64,000 bases of DNA, taken from assembly GCF_030684315.1 (NCBI RefSeq), contig NC_081362.1, positions 96,393,187-96,457,186 on the forward strand. The letters are read 5' to 3'. The DNA comes from Stegostoma tigrinum. Lineage: Eukaryota. Positions 1 through 12,859 of this stretch are shown piece after piece (the first letter of the stretch is position 1; every line of letters begins with the position of its first letter). A program made the translations under genes and the position numbers. A model generated the notes under the pieces. That model did not search any database, was not told where the DNA came from, and saw only the letters and a program-made list of their open reading frames with translations.

Positions 1-38
1 AAAAATAAGATAGTGTGAATCAACGCAATGGAGATTAA

Positions 39-1531
39 TGATAATGTGAACTGCAGATGCTGGAGAATCCAAGATAATAAAATGTGAGGCTGGATGAACA
101 CAGCAGGCCCAGCAGCATCTCAGGAGCACAAAAGCTGACGTTTCAGGCCTAGACCCTTCATCAGAGAGCGGGATGGGGTGAGGGTTCTGGAATAAACGGG
201 GAGAGGGGGCAAGGCGGACCGAAGATGGAGAGAAAAGAAGATAGGTGGAGAGGAGAGTAGAGGTGGGGAGGTAGGGAGGGGATAGGTCAGTCCAGGGAAG
301 ACAGACAGACAGGTCAAGGAGGTGGGATGAGGTTAGTAGGTAGGAGATGGAGGTGCGGCTTGGGGTGGGAGGAAGGGATCGGTGAGAGGAAGAACAGGTT
401 AGGGAGGTAGAGAGAGGTTGGACTGGCTTTGGGATGCAGTGGGTGGAGGGGAAGAGCTGGGCTGGTTGTGTGGTGCAGTGGGCGGAGGCGATGAACTGGG
501 CTGGTTTTGGGACGCATCATCCTCCGACACTTCTGCCATCTTCAATCCGACCCCACCACCCAAGACATTTTTCCATCCCCACCCTTGTCTGCTTTCCGGA
601 GAGACCACTCTCTCCATGACTCCCTTGTTCGCTCCACACTGCCCTCCAACCCCACCACACCCGGCACCTTCCCCTGCAACCGCAGGAAATGCTACACTTG
701 CCCCAACACCTCCTCCCTCACCTCTATCCTAGGCCCCAAGATGACTTTCCATATTAAGCAGAGGTTCACCTGCACATCTGCCAATGTGGTATACTGCATC
801 CATTGTACCCGGTGTGGCTCCCTCTACATTGGGGAAACCAAGCAGAGGCTTGGGGACCGCTTTGCAGAACACCTCCGCTCGGTTCGCAATAAGCAACTGC
901 ACCTCCCAGTCGCAAACCATTTCCACTCCCCCTCCTATTCTTTAGATGACATGTCCATCATGGGCCTCCTGCAGTGCCACAATGATGCCACCTGAAGGTT
1001 GCAGGAACAGCAACTCATATTCCGCTTGGGAACCCTGCAGCCCAATGGTATCAATGTGGACTTCACCAGCTTCAAAATCTCCCCTTCCCCCACCGCATCC
1101 CAAAACCAGCCCAGTTCGTCCCCTCCCCCCACTGCACCACACACCCAGCTCAGCTCTTCCCCTCCACCCACTGCATCCCAAAACCAGTCCAACCTCTCTC
1201 TGCCTCCCTAACCTATTCTTCCTCTCACCCATCCCTTCCTCCCAACCCAAGCCACACCTCCATCTCCTACCTACTAACCTCATCCCACCTCCTTGACCTG
1301 TCCATCTTCCCTGGACTGACCTATCCCCTCCCCACCTCCCCACCTATACTCTCCTCTCCACCTATCTTCTTTTCTCTCCACCCTCGGTCCGCGTTGCCCT
1401 CTCTCCCTATTTATTCCAGAACCCTCACCCCATCCCCCTCTCCGATGAGGGGTCTAGGCCCGAAACACCAGCTTTTGTGCTCCTGAGATGCTGCTTGGCC
1501 TGCTGTGTTCATCCAGCCTCACATTTTATTA
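39..1531 (+). mobile_element. Penelope-like element 3' fragment (GIY-YIG endonuclease) with a long inverted 5' copy of its own end
   Basis: ORF 507-995 contains CYTC...FTCTSANVVYCIHCTRCGSLYIGETKQRLGDRFAEH (GIY-YIG with CCHH, typical of PLEs). About 75-516 is the reverse complement of about 1090-1530. Direct repeat caatggagattaa at 26-38 and 1532-1544 (TSD). Confidence 0.9.
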
Positions 1532-1781
1532 CAATGGAGATTAAAGTAGCTGTGTGTATTCTGGCTAAAGCAGCCCTGCCCTCTGACTCTATTTCAGCCA
1601 AAGAGTGAACAATGTGCATCTACTGATTAAGCCTGAGCCTGATGTTAATCACTTGTGTTGTAGTTGTAGTGTTCCTACCTCTGAGCTAGGATATCTCAGT
1701 TTAAGTCCCACTTGCTGCAGAGAATTGCCGTAACACCTCTGAACAGGAGGATCAGTGACATATCTATAAAGAGAATCCTTA

Positions 1782-2125
1782 TGGGCGACAAAGTGGCTCA
1801 GTGGTTAACACTGCTGCTTCACTGTGTCAGGCTCGATTCCACCTCGGGCTATTGTCTGTGTGGAGTTAGCAATTTCTCCCTATGTTTGCGTGAGTTTCTT
1901 CTGGGTGTTCTGCTTTCATCCACAGTCCAAAGATATGCAGGTTAGGTGGGTCGGCCATGTTTAATTCCCCTGTACTGCCCAGGGATGTGCAGGTTAGGTG
2001 GAGCAGTCATTCCGAATGCAGGGTTACATGGATTTTGGGGAGGGGGGAAGGGGGTTCTGGATGCTTTTCATAGAGTTGATTCAGATTCAATGGGCCAAAT
2101 GGCCTCTTCCAGCATTTTAGGGGTT
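1782..2125 (+). mobile_element. tRNA-derived SINE (shark HE1/V-SINE-like), diverged
   Basis: Head gtggctcagtggttaacactgctgcttcac (A box), central tgtgtggagtt...ccacagtccaaagatatgcaggttaggt, CR1-like tail; similar to the copy at 10621-10940. Confidence 0.75.
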
Positions 2126-2149
2126 CTAAGATGACTGTGAAGAAAGAGA

Positions 2150-2437
2150 CATGCAGCCCATTGACTTTACACCAACCCTCTGAACAGCACCCCACCCAAT
2201 CCCCAAATGGGTTTTTTAACATGGTTAACTCACCTAACCTGCACACCCCAGGCTCTGCAGGTTATTTTTGGCATGGACAATCCACCTAACCTGCAATAGT
2301 GTGACAGTGGGAGGAAATAAGAGCACCTGAAGGAGACACATACGGACACGAGGAGAACATGCAAACTCCATGCAGGAATCAGATCTGGGCCCCTAACACT
2401 ATGAGGCAACAGTGCTAACCAATGAGCCACTATGCCA
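2150..2437 (-). mobile_element. tRNA-derived SINE (HE1-like), opposite orientation
   Basis: cagtgctaaccaatgagccactatgcc is the reverse complement of the SINE head; aatccacctaacctgca and tgcaaactcc core. Confidence 0.7.
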
Positions 2438-2589
2438 TTCTGACAGATGACAATACAAATGAGAAGTTTTAGATTTATTGAACCCACTCCATGAGCACAT
2501 TTAAGTTTATATTAACTGCCCTCCTGAACCCCAATGGCTTAAAATTGTCCAAGACTTCTGAATGTTTTGGTTTTTCATTGGCTAGTGAA

Positions 2590-4200
2590 GAGCCTATTGA
2601 AATAGATTATTTTTATTTTTGGAGTGGCAGAGGCTGAGTGGAGACTTAATAGGAGTCAATAAAATTATGAGATGCATTATTGTTAAGAATCTTATTCCCA
2701 GAGTTAAAATGCATAGTACGAGGGAATTTGCATTGAAGGTAAGGGGGATACATTCAAAGAGTATGTGAGGGCCAAGTGTTTTACAGAGAGTGGCAGGAGT
2801 TTGGATCACTCCGCCAGGGTTGTGGTAGAGGCAGAGAAATTAGGGACATTTAAGGGACTTTTAGATAAGCGCATGAGTACGCAAGGAATGAAGGGAAATG
2901 GAACAAGGGCAGGCAGCAGGGATTAGTTTAAATTGGCATCATGTTCAGCATAATATCATCGGCCAAAGGACCTGTTTCCCTGTGTGGTACTGTTCTCTGT
3001 TTTTTTTTTAAACAACTTCAAGCTGTTGAAACATTTCCTCATTGTATCTGCTCTTGGAGTTTAGAAGTTTGCTTTTCATTAACCACATTTCCGCGATCTC
3101 TTTTGAAATTATGGGCTTGTCAGTAATTTACAGCAAAATTGATGACTGAGCAATTCTTTAGCAAGAAGACATTGTGAAACAGAAATAAAACTCCTGGGAA
3201 ATTGCAGTAACTAAACCACTTTATGCAAATGTTCTGGTTATCAAAATCATCTTTATTTCTTATAACCCAATTGGCCAGCATACCATGCTGAGAGGGATTG
3301 GGTATGGGAGTGCAATGTAGGAGATTCTCCATTAAATTCCCACTTTGAGGGTAACAGCAGAAAGTGGATAATCAGAGGATGTTTCATCTTGCCTGGGAGA
3401 CAGAAACATCGAAACGCCGTTTTACAAAAGGCAAAGGTGTCGAGAAATGATTTCTCTGAGGGAAGTTGAATTGTGGTATTCTTTACACCAGAGCTAGTGG
3501 AGGCTCGGTGGTTGAGATTATTGAAGATTGCGTTCCGTAGAGTTTTAATCGTCAAGGGACTATGGGCTTAAGAACACTGAAAGAATGAAATTAAGAGCAT
3601 GTATGGACCATTCAGCCCTTCAGACCTGCTCTGATATTCATTATGGTCATGGCTGATCATCCATCTCAGTAGCCAGTTCCTCTTTCTCCCCATATCCTTT
3701 GATCCCTTTAGCCCTAAGTTTGATATCCAACTCCTTCTTGAAATCATAAAATGCTTTGGCCTCAACCAGTTTATGTGACATAAATTCCACAGCTTACCAC
3801 CCTCTGGGTGAAGAAATTTCTCCTCAGCTCAATTTGAAATGGTTTACCTCAAATCCAGACATCATGACCCCTGGTTCTGAAATCCTATACCATCAAGAAC
3901 AACCTTCTTGCACCTACCTTCTCTTGTACCATTAAAATTTTGAAAATTTCTATGAGATCCCCCTCATTCTTCTGAATAAATATAATCCTAACTGATTCAA
4001 CCTCTCATACGTTACTGCTGATATCCCGGGAATCAGCCTGGTAAATTTTTGCTGCACAACTAAGTCGACAACAAGAACATCCCTCCTCATATTAGGGACC
4101 AAAACTGCGCAAGTGTGGTCACACTAACGCCCTGTACAATTGCAGCCAGGCATCGCTGCTTCTCAAATGAAGGCTTATGTATAACAGTAACCATCTGCCT
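2590..4200. mobile_element. Cluster of degenerate CR1-clade LINE 3' fragments (both strands)
   Basis: Recurrent CR1 ORF2 C-terminal and 3' UTR signatures (agaggctgagtggagacttaat, ttttacagagagtggcagg, gaccattcagcccttc, gaccaaaactgc). Confidence 0.7.
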
Positions 4201-4329
4201 CCTGCACTGCCTGCTGCATCTGCAATGTTCCCTACAGAGACTAATGTAAGAGGATATCTGAATCATCTGCCTTCCCATTAATCTCCCAGAATAGATAATC
4301 TCACATCTCTCCACATTTATGTAGAATCT

Positions 4330-5580
4330 GCTACATATTTTCCCACTGACTCAGTTAGTTTCCTTCTTGTTTGTCCGATGTAGTGTTTCTCTCAGTCTCA
4401 GCAGGGGATCTTGTAGATCACGTTGGTTCTGTCCATGGCGGGGAACGGGCCACTAGTTCAGGTGAGCACTTGTTGTAGGGTTGGTGTGGGCTTGTGTGCC
4501 ACTCTGATATCCAGAGGTCGTAGGAGTCTTGTGCTGAGTTCTGATGTGTTCCTGATGTAGGGTCGTGTGATGAGTGTGTCGGTGCATGTAGAATCTTTCT
4601 GATGCAGTTGCTGTCGGCATCTCCTGATCCCGTTCTTTGGGTATCCATTATCCTTGAACACTTGGAAGAAGTATTCCTCCTCCTCTTGGTGCAGCTCTTT
4701 GTTGCTACTGTGTGTAGTTGCCCTTTTCAATAGTGTTTACATGCAGACTACTGTCTGTCTTATGGTTTGATGTGTTCCTTTGTTGATATTGTTGGTCTCG
4801 AGTGTGGCTTCCAGTGTAATTAGCCATTCCATTTTGTTGGCATTCCTGTAGTTGTAGTTCAGTCCCCAGTAAGAACGTTTTTTTCCGCGTCTGTCAGTTT
4901 CCTCTTGGAGAGGTTCCTTATCCATGTGTCAGTTCAGTTGTTGATGTTTTTGTGGGTAAGTGTGGTTAGCTTTTCTTGCAGGGTGTGTCTTTTCTTGGCT
5001 CTTGTGGTCCATCAGCTGATGCTAATGGCTTGTTCCATGTCAGTTGCCCAGTCTGATTGGTAGCTTCCTGGAATAACGTGTTTTGGCGCGTAATTTCTCT
5101 GTTGCATTTGTGGAGCCGGTTGAGTGCATCATTTATCATTATCCTTACCATCTTGTGGCTGTTTTGTTCTGCTGTTTTCCAGGCTTGTGTGTTGTTGATG
5201 GGTGGTTTGTACTTCACACCGCATGGCCATACCTGATTCCTGAGGCATCCATGTAGGAAGTAGAATTGTTTGTGGGCTGCGCTCTCTTGATTGGCATAGT
5301 TTTCCCATTTCCTTGCCAGTTTGAACGTGTTGTGCCTGTGGGCTTTTTCCAGTTTTGGAGTAATCTGTAGCTTGGGTTGTGGATGCTGAGGTCGATTGGC
5401 TCGCCGAGCTGGTTTGTTGTTCCGCAGATGTTTCATTACCGAGCTGGGTAACACCCTCAGTGCAGCCTCTAATGAAACATCGGTGTGATTTCCCGCCTGG
5501 TTTTTAAACACTGGGGTCCGTTGTGGTGGATTGCCTCACTTCCACATCCACAACCCGAGCTACAGATCTACTTCAAAACC
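4330..5580 (-). mobile_element. Penelope-like element of a second family, internally deleted
   Basis: Minus-strand frames RATTHSSNKELHQEEEEYFFQVFKDNGYPKN...PYIRNTSELSTRLLRPLDIRVAHKP (PLE RT thumb/linker) and an N-terminal FLHGCLRNQVWP motif; degenerate hammerhead-like motif at about 5428-5463. Confidence 0.75.
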
Positions 5581-7099
5581 TTAATATCTTACATTTATCC
5601 AAAAGCAGACACAGAATCAAATGGTCCAATACTGATTCAAAGTGCTGTGCTCCTACATCCCTAACTGTCACAGGAGTTAACAACCTGTGAATGGACATGT
5701 TCGGAACCAGTGGGGACTCAGTACCTGCAAAACTCATCGAGGCAGAAACTTTCACCCTATTTAACAAAAGTGTTTAGACCAAGAGCTGGAAAATCAGATT
5801 AGGTTGGTTTGTTTGGTTCGTGCAGAGATAATGGGTCAGGCAGGCTGTTTTCATGCTGCTGTCTGGATAATAATTTTTAAATCTTTCACATGTCTTGGAC
5901 ACATCTGGCTGAGCCAGTATTTATTGCCAACCCTAGTTGCAACTTGAAGATGGTGGTCAGTTGCCCTCTTGAACCACTGCTGTCTATGTGGGGTAGGTTG
6001 ATCCACAATGTCATCAGGAAGGGAATTCCAGGATTTTGATCCAGTGACACTGAAAGAACAATGATTCCTATGATTGTATATCCCCTTCAGGATTGCAAAC
6101 TCTGCTTCAAAACTGCTGTAAACATCATATTTAAATTATTTTCTGTTTCTGTCACTCACAGAACCAACTATTTTATGCCCTCTAGTTTCTTTGTCATTCC
6201 ATCCCTCTTGATATTCCCCTTGAACCTCCTCTCCTCCTTTCTGATGGAGTAAACATTGATAAATGTCACATCCCTGTAGGGTTTCACCCAAATGACAAGC
6301 AGTTAAAGTGACGCTCGATGAAGAGTCTGGAAAAATTTGACTCTAAACGTTTCACTTTGGGGTCCCAGCACAATAGAAAATTGAATCACATGGGAAGAGA
6401 TTTAGCGAGCTCTTTGATTGAAGCACTGCAGGATGTAAACACAGGTCTTTCTGGTAAGTTTTTGCCAAGTCCAGAGAAGGAGTTTGGGAGTCTTGCTCTC
6501 CTAACTCTGAATGCTGAGGATAGCGACAGAACTGCTTCAAACCTGACTGGGATGAGACACTTCACGATCTGTTCTCCCTTCCTTTTCCTTTTTCCCCTTT
6601 TGCAGGAGCCAACTGCTCATTTATTTTTCATGTTGAAACCACGGTGTGCTGTGGTTTCATTCACTTATTCCTTGTTCAGATTTTTTTTCACTCAATACCT
6701 CAGTTGAGGATCTCTCAACTTGTGTAAAACTCAGAAAGGTTTCTTTTCTTGCCAAAGTTGCTCTGTTGTTTCTATGTCAGTGTTGCTGGTCTTTTGAAGC
6801 TCAGTACAAATGGAATAAGCTAATTTATTCATTCTCTTCAACTTTCAACTTTCATTTCCACAAATCCCCTGTATTTCTCCCAAATAACAATTTGTGAGCT
6901 GCTCACACAACTTTACGTTTATGACCGTAAGTCTGTAACAGGAAGAGGAATTGGCCATTCAGCCCCTTGAGCCTGCCCTGCCATGCAGACCCTTTTTTAT
7001 ATTCACTTATGGGAATTTGGTGTCTCTGGCTTGGCTAGCATTTATTGCTTATCCCTAATTGCCCTGAGGGCAGTTAAGAGTCAACCATATTTTGACCAT

Positions 7100-10000
7100 G
7101 GTACAAAATCAGCTAGTTCCAATTGCCTGCATTTGGCCCATATCGTTCTCAATCCTTCCACTCATGTACCTATCCAAATGTTTTTTTTTCAAATGTTGTT
7201 ATTCTACCTGCCTCAATGACTTTCTCTGGCAGCCTATTCCACGTACACACCACTCTCTGTAAGAAGGAGTTGCCCCTCAGGTCCTTCTTCAATCTTTGCC
7301 CTCTCACCTTAAACCAATGCACTCTAGTTTTGAATTTCCCATCCCTGGGAAAAAATGATTGTATGCATTCATCTTATCAATGCCCCTCATGATTATCTAC
7401 ACCTCAGTAAGGTCACCCCTCATTCTCCTATGTTCCAAAGATTAAAGTCCGATCCTAGTCAACCTCTCCCTCTAACTCAGGCCTACTAGTCCTGGCAACA
7501 TCCTCATACATCTTTGTACAAGTTCCAGTTTATCCATATCTTTCTTATAACAGGGTGGCCGAAACTGTATATAATATTACAAGTGAGGTCTCCTATAAGT
7601 AAGGACTTCTAGAACTATAACATAACGTCCCAACTCCGATACTCAATGCCTCAATTAATTAAGGCCAGCATGTTAAACACCTTCTTCACCAACCTGTCCA
7701 CTTGTAATGTCGTTTTCAATGAACGATGTGCTTATACTCCGAGGTCACTTTGTTCCACAACACTCCTCGGGACCTTACCATTTACAATATGAGTCCTACC
7801 TTGGTTTGACTTTCCAAAGTGTGACACGTCACACTTATTTGCGTTGAATTGCATTTGCCAGTCCTTAGCCCACTTCCCCACATGGTTAAGGTACCTCTGT
7901 AATTTTTCATAACCTTCTTCGTTATCAACAATATCTCCTAATTTTGTAAATTTGTTACATTCATTAGCAATGTTAGATCACATGGATTCCAGGGAGAGCT
8001 AGCTATTTAGATACAAAGTTGCCTTGAAGGTAGAAGACAGATGGAGGTGGTGGAGGATTGCTTTTCAGACTGTAGGCCTCTGACCAGTGGCGTGCCGCAA
8101 GGGTCCACTGCATTTTGTCATTTACATAAATGATTTGGATGAGAACGTAGTTGGTGTGATTTGCTGTAAGTTTGCAGAAGATACCAAAATTGGTGATGTA
8201 GTAAACAGTGATGAAGGTTATTTCAAAGTACAATGGGGTCTTAATTACATGGGCCAATGGTCCAAGGAATGGCAGACAGAGTTTAATTCAGATAAATGTG
8301 AGGTGTTGCATTTTAGTAAGGCAAATCACAGCAGGACTGAGACATTTAATGGTTGGGTCCTGGGGGGTGTTGTTGATCAAAGAGATCTTGGGTTGCAGAT
8401 TCATTGTTCCTTGAAAGTGAGTCGCAGATAGACAGGGTGATGAAGAAGGTATTTGGTATGCTTGCTTTTATTGGTCAGTGCATTGAGTTTAGGAGTTGGG
8501 ATGCCATGTTGTGGCTGTGAAGAACATTTGTTTGGACTCTTTTAGAATACTGCATTCAGTTCTGGTCTCCCTGTTATAGGAAAGATATTGTTAAACTTGA
8601 AAGGGCTCAGAGAAGATCTCCAAGGATGATGAGAGGGTTGGAGAGTTTGAGGTAGAAGGAGAAGCTGATTAGGCTCGGGCTATTATCCGTGGAGCATCAG
8701 AGGCTGAGGGATGATCTCATAGAAGTTTAAAAAAAAATGAGAGTCATGGATAGGATGAATAGCCAACATCCTTTCTCCAGGGTAGGACAGTCCAAAATGA
8801 GAGGGCGTAGGTTTAAGCTGACAGTGGAAAGATTTAAAAGGGACCTGAGGGGTAACTTTTACTGCATTGGGTAGTGCATGTGTGGAAAGAGCTGGCACAG
8901 GAGGTGATGGAGGCTGGTACAGTTACAACATTTAAAAGGCTATTGATGGGGCGATGATTCTGAATTAGACAGATAAGGGCCAAATGCTGGGAAATGGGAC
9001 CTGAAACATCAACTCTGATTTCTCTTCTCTCTGCCAGACCTGCTGAGCTTTTCCAGCAACTTCTGTTTTTGTTTCTAATGAAATCTTAGTTAGCTCCAGC
9101 AGTAATGCATGAACTTCCACTTTTCCTCTTTTTAGTAGTGAAATACCCTTCCTCAGTAGGACCCGAAATGTTAACTCTGTTTTTTGCTTCACAGATGCTG
9201 CCAGACCTGCTGAGCTTCTCCAGCAATTTTGTTTCTGTTCCTGATATACAGCATCTGCAGTTCTTTCAGTTTTTTGTTTAGATCACATGGAATTCAGGGT
9301 AAGCCTTCCAACTGAATATATAATCGGCTTAATGGTAGGAGACAGCTGGTGGTGGAGGATCGGACAAGAGGCCTGTTATCAGCAGTGTTGCGCAGCGATT
9401 GACACTGCGTCCACTTCTGTTTGTCATTTAGAAAATTGATTTGAATGAGAATGGAAAGGCTATTAGAAAGTTTGCAGATGACACCAGAATTGAGGGTATG
9501 GTGGACAGTGAAGAAGGTTATCTAAGATAGCAAAGAGATTTTGATCAATAGGGTCAAAGGCAGATAGATATTAATTTGAATAAATGTGATGGATTGCATT
9601 TTGGAAATGCAGACAAGGACGGAATTATACAATTAACGGTAGGGCCCTCAATAGTGTTGTAGAACAGAGAGATCTTGGGTTTCAAATATTTAATCTTTGA
9701 AAGTTGCATCACAGATAGACCAGGGTGGTTAAGATGGTGTCTGGAATTCTTGCCTTCGAAGCTCAGTCCTTTGAATACAGAATTGGAGACGTCATGTTGA
9801 GGTTGCACAGGACAGTGGTGAGGCCTCTTCAGGAGTGCTGTGTGAAATTATGGCCACCCTGTTGCCAGAAGGATGTTATTGAACTGCAGAAGGCTCAGCA
9901 AAGATTTGTCAGTATATTGCTGGGAATGGAATGTTTGAGGTATTAAAACAAACTGGGAAGGTTGGTACATTTTCACTGGAGTGTAGAAGGTTGAGGGGTG

Positions 10001-10370
10001 ACCTGGCCGCAGTTTGTAAAATCATGAGGGGCATGAATAAGGTGAATGACAATGGTCTCTTCCCAAGGTGGGGGTAGTTCAAAACCAGGGGGCATATTTT
10101 TAAGGTGAGAGGAGAATGATTTAAAATAGACATGAGGGGCAACTTTTTCACAGAGAGTGTGGCACATGTGTGGAATGAACTTACAGAAGAAATGATAGAA
10201 TTAAGAATTGTTACAACATTTAAAAGACATTTGGATAAATTCATGAGTGGGAAAGTTTTGGAGGGATGTGACCCAAATTCAGGCACGTGGGTCTAGTTTA
10301 GTTTGGGAACAGGGTTGGTATGAACCATTTGGACCTAAAGGTCTGTTTGTGTGTTGTATGACTGTATGAC
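7100..10370. mobile_element. Degenerate CR1-clade LINE RT fragments (- at about 7100-7950; + at about 7970-9000 and 9280-10370), separated by a small inverted-repeat element at about 9000-9280
   Basis: Frames with YINDLDENVVG..KFAEDTKIG, FNSDKCEVLHF and LQECCVKLWPP. Confidence 0.8.
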
Positions 10371-10620
10371 TCTACCTTTTTAGCTTCTGTGGCAGAGTTT
10401 CAAAGAGATTCAAAATTCTGAGAGAGGAAATTCCTCCTCATCTCAGTGTTAAATTAGCACCCCTTCCTTCTAAGACTCTTCCTTCTGGTCATAAATTCTC
10501 CCATGAGGGGAAGCATCTTCTCAGTATTGACAATATCCAGCCCGGAAAGAATCTGATATGTTTCAATGCGATCACCTCTCATTCTTCCAAACTCCAGTGA
10601 GCAGAGTCCCAATCTGTATT

Positions 10621-10940
10621 GGGTGGCATGGTGGCTCAGTGGTTAGCACTGCAGCCTCACAGTGCCAGGGACCCGGGTTTGATTCTAGCCTCAGGTGACT
10701 GTCTGCGTGGAGTTTGCACATTCTCTCTGTGCCTGCGTGGGTTTCCTCCGGGTGCTCCGGTTTCCTCCCACAGTCCAAAGACGTGCAGTCCAGGTGGATT
10801 GGCCATGCTAAATTGCCTGTAGTGTTCCGGGGTGTGTGGGTTACTGGGGGATGGGTCTGGGTGGGATGCTTCAAAGGGCAGTGTGGACTTGCTGGGCCGA
10901 ATGGCCTGTTTCCACACTGTTGGTAATCTAATCTAATCTG
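10621..10940 (+). mobile_element. tRNA-derived SINE (HE1/V-SINE-like), well preserved
   Basis: ggtggcatggtggctcagtggttagcactgcagcctcacagtgccagggacccgggtttgattc (A and B boxes), gggtttcctccgggtgctccggtttcctcccacagtccaaaga core, (aatct)n tail. Confidence 0.85.
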
Positions 10941-11544
10941 TATAGCCTAAGTTTAGTTAGATACTGGGATTTGAGCAGGCCGTGATCAGGAGATGAGAGA
11001 TGGGGTGTCTGGGATTGATCAGAAGGAGGGGTGAGGGAGATCCTGTGGTAAGGAGTGTTCGACCACAAGAGAACAGGAACACAGCACAGCAGGGAGGTAG
11101 GGAAGGAGGCAGATTTCAGGTGGCAGTTGGAGGCAGTCTTTAGGGGTGAGATGCACGTTCTGGAGAGGAGGGAATTTTTTGTAAAGTGGAAACAATTCCT
11201 TGTATGCTCCTGGCCCATAAGCAGTGCTCGAAAACACACTTATTGACTGAATCTGGTTAGTATCACTTTAAATTTAGTTGTTGGGTTTCCTCGGCTCTGT
11301 GTGAGCCTGCCTGCTCAGTGTGACATTGAAACTGCTGCCAGCACGTGTAGAGAGAAACATCACAAACAGATAATATCATCACAATGCCAGCTCTCGGGAG
11401 CAGAGACAACAGAATCCCAAACTCAGTTACACTGGAAATAGGAGATTGTTTTAGAGAAATGCAGTTAGGTTGTCTCTTCCACCTGTCATTTGGCTGAGTG
11501 GGTTCACATTTCCTAGATAGTTATGGCATTGCATGCCAACTAAA

Positions 11545-11630
11545 CAGGCAGATAGAAAAACTGACTGACAGACAGGCAGATGGACAGGCAGGCAGAATGA
11601 CAGGCCGACAGCAGGAAAGCAGATAGACAA
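11545..11630 (+). repeat. Imperfect (CAGA/CAGG)n microsatellite
   Basis: acaggcagatag...gacagacaggcagatggacaggcaggcag. Confidence 0.7.
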
Positions 11631-11964
11631 TTCGCAACTTCTCGTGCAACTGAAGAGAAAGATATTTTCTTAGAATAAGGAGGAAGCCTGTGGAAGAAGC
11701 CTTATCATGTGTAATATTGATCAACCAAATTAAACCTGTGAAAACCAGCAGGAGTCAGAGAGGGCATCACTAATCTGGGACCGTTCTTTTTCATTTGAGT
11801 GTCACTGACTAAGCCAGTATTTCCTACTTATCCCTAATTTCCCAAAGGGCAATCGAAAATTAACCAAACTGCTACTGGTCTGGAGTCAGATTAGGTAAGG
11901 ACTGGAGATTTCCTTCCCTAGAAGATGAAGGGCTTCAGAACAAAACGGTGACTTTCTTGCTCAG

Positions 11965-12550
11965 AGATAATGGGAACTGCAGGTGCTGGAGAATCCAAGA
12001 GAACAAAGTGTGAAGCTGGACGAACACAGCAGGCCAAGCAGCATCTTAGGAGCACAAAAGCTGACATTTTGGGCCTCGACCCTTCATCAGAGCGGGGGAT
12101 GGGAGAGGGTCCTCTCACCTATCCCCTCCTCCCACCTCAAGCCGCACCTCCATTTCCTACCTACTAACCTCTTCCCGCCCCCTTGACCTGTCCGTCCTCC
12201 CCGGATTGACCTATCCCTCCCTACGTCCCCACCTATACTCTCCTCTCCACCTATCTTCTCCTCTATCCATCTTCGGTCCGCCTCCCCCTCTCTCCCTGTT
12301 TATTTCAGAACCCTCTCCCCATCCCCCTCTCTGATGAAGGATCTAGGCCCGAAACATCAGCTTTTGTGCTCCGGAGATGCTGCTTGGCCTGCTGTGTTCA
12401 TTGACTTTCTTGCTCCTCTGATGCTGGAGAGGAGAGTATAGGTGGGGACGTAGGGAGGGATAGGTCAATCTGGGGAGGACCTGCGGGGCTTGTCCAGCTC
12501 CGTGTTTATTGACTTTGGCTTCCAGCATCTGCAGTCATCTCTGTCTCCTA
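11965..12550. mobile_element. Rearranged Penelope-derived terminal-repeat unit
   Basis: Inverted copies of the gataatgggaactgcag...cccttcatcagag terminal repeat around the pyrimidine-rich 3' UTR. Confidence 0.8.
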
Positions 12551-12859
12551 GACATTCATGAGCGTGTTGGGTTTCTCCAACAATCAGCTTCATAGAATCA
12601 CAGTTGCAGAACTGTGCAGCTCATAAACAAAACCTTGCTGAACATAATGCCAAACTAAACTAGTCCCACCTGCCTGCTTCTAGCTCACATCCCTCCAAAC
12701 ATTTCCTATTCATGGAATTATCCAAATGTCTTTCAAACGTTGTAATTCTACCCACATCCACCACTTCATCAGGAAGTGCATTCTCCATGTGAACCACCCT
12801 CTGGGTAAAAAAAATTCCCCTTGTGTCTTTTTTTAAATCTCTCTCCTCTCAGCTTAAAG

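Noticed and set aside
120-1343. Many overlapping Pro/Ser- or Gly/Trp-rich ORFs (also at 16003-16847, 23079-23666 and 58557-58923)
   Set aside because: Alternative frames of low-complexity Penelope sequence
10621-10700. tRNA gene
   Set aside because: The A/B boxes run into a SINE body and LINE-derived tail, and several diverged copies exist
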